Assembly: GCA_050953245.1 (NCBI GenBank)
Contig: JBMNMG010000006.1
Location: 2,821 to 66,820, forward strand
DNA from: Bacteroidales bacterium
GTDB taxonomy: Bacteria > Bacteroidota > Bacteroidia > Bacteroidales > BM520
Reading direction: 5' to 3'
DNA length: 64,000 nt
The notes below the pieces were generated by a model. The model did not search any database, was not told the DNA's origin, and saw nothing but the letters and a program-made list of their open reading frames with translations. Both the position numbers and the translations under genes were made by a program. Below are positions 52,624 to 62,567 of this stretch, in pieces; position 1 is the stretch's first letter; every line of letters begins with the position of its first letter.

Positions 52624-53745
52624 ATGAAAATAAAATTCAAAATTAACAACTTATTTAAATTTCAATTACTAACCATCCTTAGCATAATTACTCTATTGGT
52701 TGGTAGTTGTATGCGGGATGATGATATATGGGATAATAATTTAGAAATATATAAACCTACAAAAGGTGTTTTTATTACTAACGAAGGTAATTTTATGTAT
52801 GACAATGCTGCTTTATCTTATTATGATATAGAAAAAAAAGAAGTTATAAATGATGTGTTTTTTAATGTAAATAATGTTCCTTTGGGTGATGTGGCTCAAT
52901 CTATAAATGTTAGAGATAGTTTAGCATATATAGTTGTAAATAATAGCGGAAAAATTTATGTTATTGATATTAATACTTTTAAGTTAAAAGCAAAAATTAC
53001 AGGTTTTACTTCTCCAAGATATATCCACTTTGTAAATGATAAAAAGGCTTATGTCTCCGACTTATATGCCAAAGCAATCTCAATAGTAGATGTTCCTAAC
53101 AATAAAATTATAGGTCATATAGATGTAAATAATCACACCTCGGATTTTTATCAACACCCAACAGAACAAATGGTGCAGTTAGATAACTTTGTTTATGTTA
53201 ATTGTTGGAGTTACGATAATAAAATCTTAGTTATAGATACCAATACTGATATGGTAGTTGATTCCGTTGAAGTTCCTATTCAACCAACATCTTTAGTCTT
53301 AGATAAAAACAAAAAGTTATGGACTGTAACAGATGGCGGTTTCTCAGGATCTCCTTATGGATACGAAGAACCGTCATTAGTTAAAATAGATGCACCATCC
53401 TTAAAAATAGAAAAGGTATATAAATTCACAAAAGGGTTGACAGCTTCAGAAATTACTATTAATAGAACGTTGGATACAATTTATTTTTTATGTAAAGACG
53501 TTTATAGAATGCCTGTAAATTCCACAGGAGAACCTGAAGTGTTTATCAAAAGCCCTTACGAAGATGAGGTGGGGTTTTTTGGAGGGTTTTACGGCTTAGG
53601 AGTAGATCCTTACTCATCTGAAGTTTATGTTGCTGATGCTATAGATTACGTACAACCCGGAATTGTTTACAGATATTCACCTAAGGGAGATTTAAAAGAT
53701 CAATTTAAAGTTGGGGTAATTCCCGGAGCCTTTGGATTTAAATAA
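52624..53745 (+). CDS. btuG: BtuG-like beta-propeller B12-binding lipoprotein
   Basis: Lipobox VGSC; [42 protein letters not shown]. Confidence 0.85.
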   Translation: MKIKFKINNLFKFQLLTILSIITLLVGSCMRDDDIWDNNLEIYKPTKGVFITNEGNFMYDNAALSYYDIEKKEVINDVFFNVNNVPLGDVAQSINVRDSLAYIVVNNSGKIYVIDINTFKLKAKITGFTSPRYIHFVNDKKAYVSDLYAKAISIVDVPNNKIIGHIDVNNHTSDFYQHPTEQMVQLDNFVYVNCWSYDNKILVIDTNTDMVVDSVEVPIQPTSLVLDKNKKLWTVTDGGFSGSPYGYEEPSLVKIDAPSLKIEKVYKFTKGLTASEITINRTLDTIYFLCKDVYRMPVNSTGEPEVFIKSPYEDEVGFFGGFYGLGVDPYSSEVYVADAIDYVQPGIVYRYSPKGDLKDQFKVGVIPGAFGFK

Positions 53746-53849
53746 TTTTTGAAAATAAATTTTTATTATATTTGCATAGAATTATTTGTTTTATTATTTT
53801 TTCTATAATTTTGAAATAATAATAAAGTACAAAATAAAAGAACTATATA

Positions 53850-55007
53850 ATGAAATTTAAAACAGGAGATAAAGTAAAATTTTTAAATAAAAAGGGTGGC
53901 GGTTATGTTACGGAAGTTTTAGCAGATAATATAGTTAAAGTATTAACGGAAACCGGTTTTGAATTCCGCTATCAGGCTAAAGAACTTATTTTGATAGAAC
54001 CAAAATCTTCCTTAGAAAAATATTTTGATGAAGATTTTAATATTCCTAAAGATAAAATTAGTGAATTAAACCAAAGGAGGAATATAGCCCAAAGTAGTAG
54101 TTTTTCAAATGAGATTGAGAGTAATCTCAAAGAAAAAGAAAAAATGGATTCTACTACTTTTTTTGGTGAATTAAAATTAATTATAAACGAAAATAATAAT
54201 AAATTAAATAAAGGTCTTTTTTTAGCTTATATCCCTCAAAATCAAGAAAATCTAAAACAAGACGATATTACTATAAGTATTATTAATTATACTGAAAACA
54301 TTGTTTATTACCATTTGTTTTTCAAAAAATCCAGTAGATATTTTGAAAATGCCGGTGTAGGTAAAATTTCACCATATTCCAGATTAAACTTATGTTCTAT
54401 AGAACGAAAAGAATTATTAGGTTGGTTAATCGGAAATTTTCAAGCATTTTTTGTAGTAGATAAAGCTAAAATAATTCCTCCTTCAATTAATTCTGATATT
54501 AATTTAAAGTTATCATATTTTGATATAAAAGAAAATTATAAATCCTCAAATATTCTAAGCGAGAAAGCTATACTTGTGTATTTAAATGACGTTTTTAAAA
54601 ATGATGAATTAATAGCACCTGAAGAAGAAGCTAAAAAAGACTATAAAATTGCATTAGAAAAAAAATTGGAAAGTGCTCCTAAAAAACCTAAGCAGTTAAT
54701 AGATAATCATAAAATTGCTATGCATAAAGCTGAGGTTGATTTGCATATATCTGCTTTACGTAAAGATTTTTCAGAGCTTAAAGCAGGTGAAATAATATCT
54801 ATTCAAAGAAAATATTTTATAGATACCTTAGAAAGTGCAATAGTAAATAATTATAAAGAAGTTATCTTTATTCATGGTATAGGTAATGGTACCTTAAAAG
54901 ACATTATTACAGATATTTTAAAAACGGATTATCCTGAATTGGATTTTTACGATGCTCCGTTTAACAAGTATGGTTATGGTGCCATCGTAGTTGTTATAAA
55001 AGAGTAA
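53850..55007 (+). CDS. DUF2027 plus Smr domain protein
   Basis: GDKVKFLN, VDLHI, IFIHGIGNGTLK, YGYGA. Confidence 0.85.
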   Translation: MKFKTGDKVKFLNKKGGGYVTEVLADNIVKVLTETGFEFRYQAKELILIEPKSSLEKYFDEDFNIPKDKISELNQRRNIAQSSSFSNEIESNLKEKEKMDSTTFFGELKLIINENNNKLNKGLFLAYIPQNQENLKQDDITISIINYTENIVYYHLFFKKSSRYFENAGVGKISPYSRLNLCSIERKELLGWLIGNFQAFFVVDKAKIIPPSINSDINLKLSYFDIKENYKSSNILSEKAILVYLNDVFKNDELIAPEEEAKKDYKIALEKKLESAPKKPKQLIDNHKIAMHKAEVDLHISALRKDFSELKAGEIISIQRKYFIDTLESAIVNNYKEVIFIHGIGNGTLKDIITDILKTDYPELDFYDAPFNKYGYGAIVVVIKE

Positions 55008-55067
55008 TACAAAAAGATTTTTTTTTATAAAAATAATCATTAAATTTGCAATTATAAATTTTAGATT

Positions 55068-55517
55068 ATGAGTTTAGAACAAAAGATTAATGATGAAATT
55101 AAAAAAGCAATGTTAGCTAAAAATCAAGAGAGATTAAGCGCTTTGCGAGCTATTAAATCAGAAATTTTATTACAAAAAACAAGTAAAGGATCAGGAGAGA
55201 TAAGTCCTGAAATTGAGATTTCTATTCTTCAAAAACTTGTAAAACAACGAAAAGATTCCGCACAACTTTATTTAGAGCAAAAGAGAGAAGATTTATACAA
55301 TGACGAAGTTTTCCAAGCAAATGTAATTGAAGAATTTTTACCTGAACAGCTTTCAGAAGAAAAAGTTAAGGAGATAATAAGTGATATTGTAGAAAAATTA
55401 GGAGCTACAAGTATGAAAGATATGGGTAAAGTAATGGGTGCTAGTACTAAAGAATTGGCTGGTAGGGCTGATAATAAATTAATAGCAAGAATAGTAAAAG
55501 AAATTTTAAATAAATAA
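55068..55517 (+). CDS. GatB/YqeY domain protein
   Basis: IKKAMLAK, KQRKDS, FLPEQLS, KDMGKVMG. Confidence 0.92.
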   Translation: MSLEQKINDEIKKAMLAKNQERLSALRAIKSEILLQKTSKGSGEISPEIEISILQKLVKQRKDSAQLYLEQKREDLYNDEVFQANVIEEFLPEQLSEEKVKEIISDIVEKLGATSMKDMGKVMGASTKELAGRADNKLIARIVKEILNK

Positions 55518-55533
55518 TTAAAAATATTTTAAT

Positions 55534-56739
55534 ATGAAAAAAAATTTTTTATTCTTAATCTTAGTATTAATATTTTCGTTTAATGTTAATGCTCAGTCAG
55601 ATAAATTATCTACAAGTAAAGATCAGGAAGGTTATATTTTCGAAAAAATAGTTGACGTTCCTGTGACTTCAGTAAAAAATCAATATCGTTCCAGTACTTG
55701 TTGGGGCTTTTCAGCTTTAGCTCTAATGGAAGCCGAATTATTACGTGAAACAGGTAAAGAATATGATTTATCTGAAGGTCATTTAGTATATTATACATAC
55801 TTAGCTAAAGCAAAAAGATATTTACGTTTTCATGGAGATGTAAATTATGGTCCCGGTGGAGCAGCTCACGACTTATTATGGTATATGGAAAATTACGGAT
55901 TAATGCCTGAAGAAGCTTATTCAGGATTAGTACCTCCAGATACACTATTTATCCATGGAGAGCTATATGCAGTTACTAAAGGATATTTAGATGCATTATT
56001 GAAAACCCCCGATTCGAAATTATCCGATAATTGGTTAGTTGCTTACACTGCAATTTTAAACTCTTATATGCAAGAACCTCCAACAACATTTACATACGAA
56101 GGTGTAAACTATAATCCAAAATCTTTTTTAGAAAGTACAAAATTGAACGTTGATGATTATGTATGCATTTCATCATTTACTCATCATCCTTATTATACAG
56201 AGTTTGTGTTAGAACTTCCTGATAACTGGTTACATAGAACAGTTTATAACGTCACTGTTGACGAACTTGCAGAAATAGCAGATTATGCATTAGAAAACGG
56301 TTATACGGTTAACTGGGGTACAGATGTTAGTTCTAAAGGATTTTCATGGAAAAACGGAGTGGCAATTTTACCTGATAGAGTAGTAGAATCTACTTCCGGT
56401 TCAGATGCCGAACGCTGGACAAAAGATGAGAAAAAAAATACACCAAAAGATTTATATTCATTTGATGGAAACGTAATAGAAAAAGAAGTTGATGCAAAAA
56501 TGCGTCAAAAAGATTTTGATAACTGGACAACAACTGATGACCATGGAATGTTACTTTGTGGAATCTATAAAGATCAAAGAGGTAATAAATTTTATAAAGT
56601 TAAAAACTCATGGGGTTCTGTGGGAAAATATGATGGATATTTATTTACATCAGTTCCATTTTATAAAATGAATACTACTTCTATTATGGTGAATAAAAAT
56701 GGAATTCCAAAACATATCCGTAAAAAATTAGGTTTATAA
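55534..56739 (+). CDS. Aminopeptidase C (peptidase C1B)
   Basis: Signal peptide; QYRSSTCWGF, DDHGM, VKNSWG. Confidence 0.9.
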   Translation: MKKNFLFLILVLIFSFNVNAQSDKLSTSKDQEGYIFEKIVDVPVTSVKNQYRSSTCWGFSALALMEAELLRETGKEYDLSEGHLVYYTYLAKAKRYLRFHGDVNYGPGGAAHDLLWYMENYGLMPEEAYSGLVPPDTLFIHGELYAVTKGYLDALLKTPDSKLSDNWLVAYTAILNSYMQEPPTTFTYEGVNYNPKSFLESTKLNVDDYVCISSFTHHPYYTEFVLELPDNWLHRTVYNVTVDELAEIADYALENGYTVNWGTDVSSKGFSWKNGVAILPDRVVESTSGSDAERWTKDEKKNTPKDLYSFDGNVIEKEVDAKMRQKDFDNWTTTDDHGMLLCGIYKDQRGNKFYKVKNSWGSVGKYDGYLFTSVPFYKMNTTSIMVNKNGIPKHIRKKLGL

Positions 56740-56764
56740 GTTTTTTCTATATTTATAACTAATG

Positions 56765-56801
56765 ATAGAGCTTTATTGTTTTAATAGCAATAAAGCTCTA
56801 T
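56765..56801 (+). terminator. Hairpin, probable terminator
   Basis: ATAGAGCTTTATTG/CAATAAAGCTCTAT (14-bp stem). Confidence 0.7.
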
Positions 56802-56820
56802 ATTTAAGAAAACAACCGTA

Positions 56821-57597
56821 ATGCGAATATCAGCCGTAATAATAACATTTAATGAAGAGAAAAACATCGAAAGATGTATTAAGTCCTTATTATTATTTGC
56901 TGATGAAATAATCGTTGTAGATAGTTTTTCTACTGATAAAACTGAAGAAATCTGTAGAAGTTTTCCTCAGGTTAAGTTTTATCAAAATAAATGGCTTGGT
57001 TATTCTGAACAGAAAAACTATGCAAATTCCTTAGCCTCCTTTGATAATGTGTTTTCAATTGATGCAGATGAAGAAGTATCTGAGAAATTAAAAGATAGTA
57101 TTTGTTACCTAAAAAAACAATATGAGAGTTTAGAAATTCTCAATACGGTTTTTTCTGTAAATAGACTGACAAATTATTGCGGAAAATGGATACACCATAG
57201 TGGATGGTACCCAGATAAAAAAATTAGATTTTTTCCTAAAAATATCAAGTGGAAAGGCGACATTCACGAAATACTTGAATTACCTCCCGATATAAAAGTT
57301 ATTAAACTAAAAGGCGATTTAAATCATTACACAGTTTATAATACCGTGGATCATTTAAAACAATTAGATAAATTTACTACAATAGCTTCTAAAGAATTAT
57401 TTAATAAAGGTAAAAAGGTTAATTATTTTGACATATCAATACGTCCCCAATGGAGGTTTTTTAGAGATTACTTATTAAAATTAGGATTCTTAGATGGATA
57501 TGCAGGGTATCAAATTTGTAAAATTTCTTCATTTGCAACTTTTCTTAAATATGCAAAATTAAAAGAATTAAGGAAAAATCTTAGAAATGAAAAATAA
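56821..57597 (+). CDS. GT2 LPS beta-glucosyltransferase (WaaE/KdtX-like)
   Basis: ITFNEE, VDSFSTD, IDADE, GWYPD, IHE, GFLDG. Confidence 0.88.
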   Translation: MRISAVIITFNEEKNIERCIKSLLLFADEIIVVDSFSTDKTEEICRSFPQVKFYQNKWLGYSEQKNYANSLASFDNVFSIDADEEVSEKLKDSICYLKKQYESLEILNTVFSVNRLTNYCGKWIHHSGWYPDKKIRFFPKNIKWKGDIHEILELPPDIKVIKLKGDLNHYTVYNTVDHLKQLDKFTTIASKELFNKGKKVNYFDISIRPQWRFFRDYLLKLGFLDGYAGYQICKISSFATFLKYAKLKELRKNLRNEK

Positions 57598-58693
57598 AAA
57601 CATTTTACAAATTTTTGCTTCAAGTGAGTGGGGTGGAGGCGAACAATACGTTTACAATATTACTAAAAAACTATTGTCAGAAAATAATAATGTAATTTGT
57701 GTTTCAAGGGAAAGTGCAATAATTAGTAACAAATTGTCCAGTTTAAATGTAACCCATTACATTTTAAATTTAAATGGAATTTACGATATTAAATCAGCAT
57801 ATCAATTAAAAGATATTATAGTTAGACATAATATTGAAATAATTCACATCCATAATTTTAAAACTTCTTTTACAGCAATTTATGCTAAAAAAATATCAGG
57901 TCGAGATGTAAAAATAATTCTTACCAGACACTTAGTGAAAAAAGCAAGGAATAACCATATATACAACAATCTCTACAAATCTTTGGACACTATAATTTTC
58001 GTTTCCAATTTAGCAAAAAACGAGTTCTTATCAACCAATTCCAAAATAGATAAATCTAAGTGTAAAGTTTTATTTAACAGTGTACTAGATGAAAAATTAA
58101 ATAATGATAACACATTTGATACCGTAAATCTTAAAGAACGGTTTAATATTCCAAGTAATAATAAAATAATACTTTATAGTGGAAGATTACATCAGGAAAA
58201 TGGCTTGGAAATCTTATTAGAAGCAATAAATAAAGTTGAGAATAAGAATTTTATGTTAATATTAGCAGGAACAGGGAATACTGATTACGTTAATAAACTT
58301 CAAAATATTGTAAAAGATAATAAATTACAAGATAAAGTTGTATTTCTTGGTTTTCAAGAAAACATTGAACCTATAATAAAGCAATGTAGTTTTGGTGTAA
58401 CACCAACAATAGTTAAAGAGGCATTTGGTTTATCTAATATAGAATTTATGAAGTGTGGCAAAGCTGTAATTACTACAAATAATGGTGCCCAACCGGAATA
58501 TATAACCAATATGGTTAATGGAATTTTAATAAATCCTAATAATTCTGAAGAATTGAGTAAAAAGATATCTTTATTATTAACAAACGAGGAATTGTCTAAT
58601 GAAATTGGGTTAAAAGCACAATTATTTTTTAATAAAAATTTAAAATTTGATTTATTCTACTCTAAATTAATAAAAATCTATCAAGAATCTTAA
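57587..58693 (+). CDS. GT4 glycosyltransferase
   Basis: WGGGE, TRH, GRL, EAFGLSNIEFM. Confidence 0.88.
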   Translation: MKNKNILQIFASSEWGGGEQYVYNITKKLLSENNNVICVSRESAIISNKLSSLNVTHYILNLNGIYDIKSAYQLKDIIVRHNIEIIHIHNFKTSFTAIYAKKISGRDVKIILTRHLVKKARNNHIYNNLYKSLDTIIFVSNLAKNEFLSTNSKIDKSKCKVLFNSVLDEKLNNDNTFDTVNLKERFNIPSNNKIILYSGRLHQENGLEILLEAINKVENKNFMLILAGTGNTDYVNKLQNIVKDNKLQDKVVFLGFQENIEPIIKQCSFGVTPTIVKEAFGLSNIEFMKCGKAVITTNNGAQPEYITNMVNGILINPNNSEELSKKISLLLTNEELSNEIGLKAQLFFNKNLKFDLFYSKLIKIYQES

Positions 58694-58843
58694 AAATTTA
58701 AATATCATGAATATATAATGTATATTATTAATATACAAACAATTGCTATATTATTTGTTTAAATGTAAGTGAATAAATTACAATTTATATAAAAAAAACA
58801 CAAAAAAGTTTTAAAAAAGTAGGTGGTATATTAAAAATATTAT

Positions 58844-58851
58844 TATCTTTG
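58844..58851 (+). promoter_or_regulatory. -7 promoter of the tRNA pair
   Basis: TATCTTTG 45 bp upstream of tRNA-Gly. Confidence 0.65.
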
Positions 58852-58896
58852 CATCGCATTTTTGAAACGGATATGATATTTCCTTTTCAATATTAA

Positions 58897-58969
58897 GCGG
58901 AAGTAGCTCAGTTGGTAGAGCACAACCTTGCCAAGGTTGGGGTCGCGAGTTCGAGTCTCGTCTTCCGCT
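58897..58969 (+). tRNA. tRNA-Gly (GCC), CCA not encoded
   Basis: GCGGAAG/CTTCCGC acceptor stem, anticodon loop TTGCCAA, GTTCGAG T-loop. Confidence 0.97.
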
Positions 58970-59014
58970 CAAGTAATAATAGTGTTTTTTTAAAAGTTTT
59001 TTTGTATCAAGGTT

Positions 59015-59099
59015 GCCCAGGTGGTGGAATTGGTAGACACGAGGGACTTAAAATCCCTTGGCCATTGCGGCCGTGCGGGTTCAATTCCCGCCCCGGGTA
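59015..59099 (+). tRNA. tRNA-Leu (TAA), CCA not encoded
   Basis: GGAATTGGTAGAC D-arm, anticodon loop CTTAAAA, long variable arm, GGTTCAATTCC. Confidence 0.95.
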
Positions 59100-59110
59100 C
59101 TTTAAGATTA

Positions 59111-59148
59111 AGAGTTATCTGTTTTTAATAGGTAACTCTTTTTTTTTT
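59111..59148 (+). terminator. tRNA operon terminator (part of the left copy of a long direct repeat)
   Basis: AGAGTTATCT...AGGTAACTCT followed by a T-run. Confidence 0.8.
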
Positions 59149-59170
59149 GCATCATTTGTAAAATTTTATT

Positions 59171-60226
59171 TTTTTATAGCTTTCTAAGCTGATTATTTAA
59201 AAACGAAATTTTCTAATTTCATTGAAATTTTTTCGCATTTTTTTGACTTTTTTCATCAAAAAAATCATTTTTTTAGACATTTTTTTCGAATAAATTGGAA
59301 ATTTTAGAAAAATAATTGTGGAAAATATTTTTTGAGGATTTTTTTGGTTGTTTTGGGCATACGGAGGGCTGTATGTTAAAAAATACATACTGAGTATACA
59401 CGGATAATAAGTTCTCTTTTCCCGGAGATAGGGCCGATTTCAACTACTCTATCGAGTAATTGGCATCGTATAAATCTTTGCGTTCATGCAAATAGATAAA
59501 ATTCTTTTTGCTGCCAAAGATTCTTTCAAAATCAAAAAAAGTACCTTTTAAACTTTCGATGTAATCATCGTCTAAAAATCTGCTGTAATAGCACCATTCA
59601 TAGGTCTTATAGCTAAGTCGAGGATTATGATGCGTGACGTTCCGATTTACATAAACTATGCAATCACGTAAATACTGTAAGTCATGTAACCAGATCCTCT
59701 TAAAGCTTTTTCTAAATAAACTTCCTGTGCGTTTATATTTAAGATTAAAGAAAATTGCAAAGCTCATAAAAAACCTGCGGAATAATTCACTCACAACTCT
59801 ACTTGCAATGTACTCTTCATCTTCACTATCAAGACGTTCTACAAAATCTTGAAGTAATTCATCTTCATCTACTTTTGCTAAAATTTCCTCTACAGATTTT
59901 ATCTGAATTACAAGATGGAAGTGGTTCTTTTGCAATGAGATTGTGTAAAAGTTGACTACATCTTGCATATAGCCATATAAATACACCTCAAATCTGATTC
60001 GATCATCTCTTCTTTTGAAGATATTTTCGCCGTTATTTCCCTGATTATAAACATGATAATCATAACCCGGCTTCATTAATTGACAACATTTATTATTATT
60101 TGCCATAATAAAAAATTTAAGATTAATACTTTATTGAATTCTCAATCTTTAATCTTTAAATGGCTAAATTGTCAATTCTTTTTAACAAATATTAACATAA
60201 AATTGTAGCTTGGAAAGCTATAAAAA
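59171..60226 (-). mobile_element. Putative 1056-bp RAYT/Y1 element bounded by 20-bp inverted repeats
   Basis: TTTTTATAGCTTTCTAAGCT (59171-59190) against AGCTTGGAAAGCTATAAAAA (60207-60226), 19/20 complementary; flanked by direct repeats. Confidence 0.65.
59444..60106 (-). CDS. REP-associated/Y1 HUH tyrosine transposase (RAYT-like)
   Basis: YHVYNQGNNGENIF, NHFHLV (HUH), FNLKYKRTGSLF, YVNRN (catalytic Tyr region), YEWCYY. Confidence 0.82.
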   Translation of the reverse strand: MANNNKCCQLMKPGYDYHVYNQGNNGENIFKRRDDRIRFEVYLYGYMQDVVNFYTISLQKNHFHLVIQIKSVEEILAKVDEDELLQDFVERLDSEDEEYIASRVVSELFRRFFMSFAIFFNLKYKRTGSLFRKSFKRIWLHDLQYLRDCIVYVNRNVTHHNPRLSYKTYEWCYYSRFLDDDYIESLKGTFFDFERIFGSKKNFIYLHERKDLYDANYSIE

Positions 60227-60227
60227 G

Positions 60228-60281
60228 GAGTTATCTGTTTTTAATAGATAACTTTTTTTGTTTCATATGTAAAAAATTATT
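60228..60281 (+). repeat. Right copy of the direct repeat of 59112-59170
   Basis: Core GAGTTATCTGTTTTTAATAG(G/A)TAACT 25/26 identical, then a T-run, then 17/22 identical. Confidence 0.85.
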
Positions 60282-60357
60282 TTTATCAATTAAATCTTAT
60301 TTTATTTTATTACCTTTGAATATATTTTAATATTGAATAAAATAAAAATTTAAGGTT

Positions 60358-60945
60358 ATGAATATAATGGATTTATTAAATGGTGCTGGAGGTGACAAAT
60401 TAATATCCAGCGTGTCATCCCAATTGAATATAGACAAAAAAACTGCAAATAATGCAGTGTTAACTGCGTTACCATTAATTTTAGCAGGTATGAAAAAAAA
60501 CGCTGAATCTTCGAAAGGTGCAGAAAGTTTAAATAATGCCTTGGAAACTAAACACGATGGCAGTATTTTAGATAATTTAGTTAACTTAAATTCTAATACA
60601 CAAGAATTAGAAAAAGATGGAAATGGTATTTTAGGACATATTTTTGGTGAGAAATTAAATGTTATTAATAAAGAAGTTTCTACAAAAACAGGTTTAGATT
60701 CTGCTAATACCAAAAAACTCATGGCAATTTTAGCTCCTATTGCTATGGGAATGCTTGGAAAACAAAAACGTAAATCTAATACAGGAGCCGGTGGTATTGA
60801 AGATTTATTAGGTGGATTACTAACAGGTGTTAGCGCTCCTAAAGGAAAGGCTAAAAAAGGCGGTTTAGGCGGGATGCTATCATCTTTTATAGATAAAGAT
60901 CATGATGGGAATATTTTGGATGATTTAGCAGATATGTTAAAATAA
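60358..60945 (+). CDS. DUF937 family protein
   Basis: ALPLILAGMKKNA, HDGSILD, DGNGILGHIFG, DKDHDGNILDD. Confidence 0.85.
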   Translation: MNIMDLLNGAGGDKLISSVSSQLNIDKKTANNAVLTALPLILAGMKKNAESSKGAESLNNALETKHDGSILDNLVNLNSNTQELEKDGNGILGHIFGEKLNVINKEVSTKTGLDSANTKKLMAILAPIAMGMLGKQKRKSNTGAGGIEDLLGGLLTGVSAPKGKAKKGGLGGMLSSFIDKDHDGNILDDLADMLK

Positions 60946-61002
60946 GTTGGAATCTAAAGGGTTAGATTTATTTTTTTCGAATCGAAAAATAATAATAGTG
61001 CT

Positions 61003-61923
61003 TTGAAATTCTACGTATATTTAAAAAACTATAATTACTATCTTCGTATAGAGCGAGGTATGTCTGAAAATACAGTTAATTCTTATTGTAGAGACATTAA
61101 GTTTTTTTTGTTGTTTATAGATGAACATTACGAAGATATCACTACAATAGATAAAATAACTAAGGAGCATATTATAGATTATATTAAATATCTACATCAA
61201 AAAAATATTTCTGCCAGGTCTCAAGCAAGATTCTTATCATCATTAAAATCTTTCTATAAATATTTGCAAATAGAAGATTTAGTAACCGAACTTCCTTGTA
61301 ATGATATTGATCTTCCTAAGATTAGTATGGAATTGCCTGATGTTTTAAGTGTAGAAGAAATAGAGCAAATATTAAAATCTATAGACTTAAGTGAGCCTAA
61401 TGGTGCAAGAAACAGAGCTATAATAGAAGTTTTATACGGTTGCGGATTAAGAGTTTCCGAATTAGTAAATTTAAAAATATCTAACATTGATTTTAAAGAA
61501 TCTTATATCAGAGTTATTGGCAAAGGCAATAAAGAAAGATTAGTTCCCATAGGCTCCATAGCACAAAATCAACTTTCTATCTACATAAATCAAATAAGAT
61601 CTGTAGGAAAAATTAAAAGTGAATATTCTGATATTGTTTTTTTAAATAGGAGAGGGGGAAAACTTTCCAGAGAAATGATATTTCTAATAGTAAAAGAATG
61701 TGTTTATAATGCAGGTATAAATAAAAACGTTAGTCCACATACTTTTCGTCATTCATTTGCAACGCATTTAATTCAAAATGGTGCAGATATTAGAATAGTT
61801 CAGGATATGTTAGGTCATGAATCTATTATTACTACAGAAATTTATACTCATATAGATAAAACTTATCTTAAGAAGGTGATAGATAAATGTCATCCATTAT
61901 ATAAGAAAAATTTATCAATATGA
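61003..61923 (+). CDS. xerD: Tyrosine recombinase XerD
   Basis: ERGMSENTVNSY, GLRVSEL, GKGNKER, HTFRHSFATH, LGHESI, TEIY. Confidence 0.9.
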   Translation: MKFYVYLKNYNYYLRIERGMSENTVNSYCRDIKFFLLFIDEHYEDITTIDKITKEHIIDYIKYLHQKNISARSQARFLSSLKSFYKYLQIEDLVTELPCNDIDLPKISMELPDVLSVEEIEQILKSIDLSEPNGARNRAIIEVLYGCGLRVSELVNLKISNIDFKESYIRVIGKGNKERLVPIGSIAQNQLSIYINQIRSVGKIKSEYSDIVFLNRRGGKLSREMIFLIVKECVYNAGINKNVSPHTFRHSFATHLIQNGADIRIVQDMLGHESIITTEIYTHIDKTYLKKVIDKCHPLYKKNLSI

Positions 61924-61935
61924 TTGATATCATTC

Positions 61936-61973
61936 AAAAAAAAAGAGGATTTATTCATATAAATCCTCTTTTT
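61936..61973. terminator. Bidirectional terminator
   Basis: A-run, GAGGATTTA/TAAATCCTC stem, T-run, between convergent genes. Confidence 0.8.
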
Positions 61974-62066
61974 ATAAAATAAAAATTAAAAAAATGAAAA
62001 ACAAACTTAAAAAGATTTTTTAAGCATAAACACTAAAAGTACAATTTATCTAAAGTTGAAAGAATA

Positions 62067-62531
62067 TTAAATATCTAAAATTTTACCATCATCAGAAACT
62101 AATACTCCAAAATTTAACGAAATAAGTTCGTTATCTTTATTAAAATAAAAATCTAAATAAGCGTCTTCAAAAGATAAACATTTTTCGCAGAACTCTTCAT
62201 CTATAGTAGTATCAGATAAATTGAAGCCGTTTTCTTTCATTAATTCGATAATTTCTTTTTCTGAAAGTTCAAAAATCTTTTTACCGTAAAGAGATGCTTC
62301 TTTATTATCTACACTTATAGCAGAAAAAACAAAGTTGTTATTTCCTTCAAAAAATAAGTCAACTTCATCATCTAAATAAGATAAGAGTTTAGTGTTAAAG
62401 CAATCTTCATCGTTAAAGTCTTCTAACTCATCGGCTTCACCAACTTTTTTGATAACTTCTTCTATAGTAGTTCCAAACTTTAAATCCCCAATGCCTTCCT
62501 TAGGTTTAATAATTAAATTAAATTTTTTCAT
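62067..62531 (-). CDS. Hypothetical acidic protein
   Basis: 154-aa ORF; IKPKEGIGDLKFG N-terminus; downstream of ilvE. Confidence 0.65.
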   Translation of the reverse strand: MKKFNLIIKPKEGIGDLKFGTTIEEVIKKVGEADELEDFNDEDCFNTKLLSYLDDEVDLFFEGNNNFVFSAISVDNKEASLYGKKIFELSEKEIIELMKENGFNLSDTTIDEEFCEKCLSFEDAYLDFYFNKDNELISLNFGVLVSDDGKILDI

Positions 62532-62567
62532 TTTATTAATTTATTTGTGAAATTGTGAGAACAAATT

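Noticed and set aside
58912-59388. ORFs 58912-59187 and 59197-59388
   Set aside because: The first overlaps both tRNAs and the terminator; the second is a K/N-rich reading of A-tracts
4761-61487. Many short ORFs antisense to or nested in long genes (e.g. 12682, 20063, 31302, 33315, 40046, 47142, 60327)
   Set aside because: Shadow frames of well-supported genes, with no motifs of their own
61003-61923. Integrase of an island at the tRNA pair
   Set aside because: The sequence is typical housekeeping XerD, and I saw no duplicated tRNA 3' end (att site)
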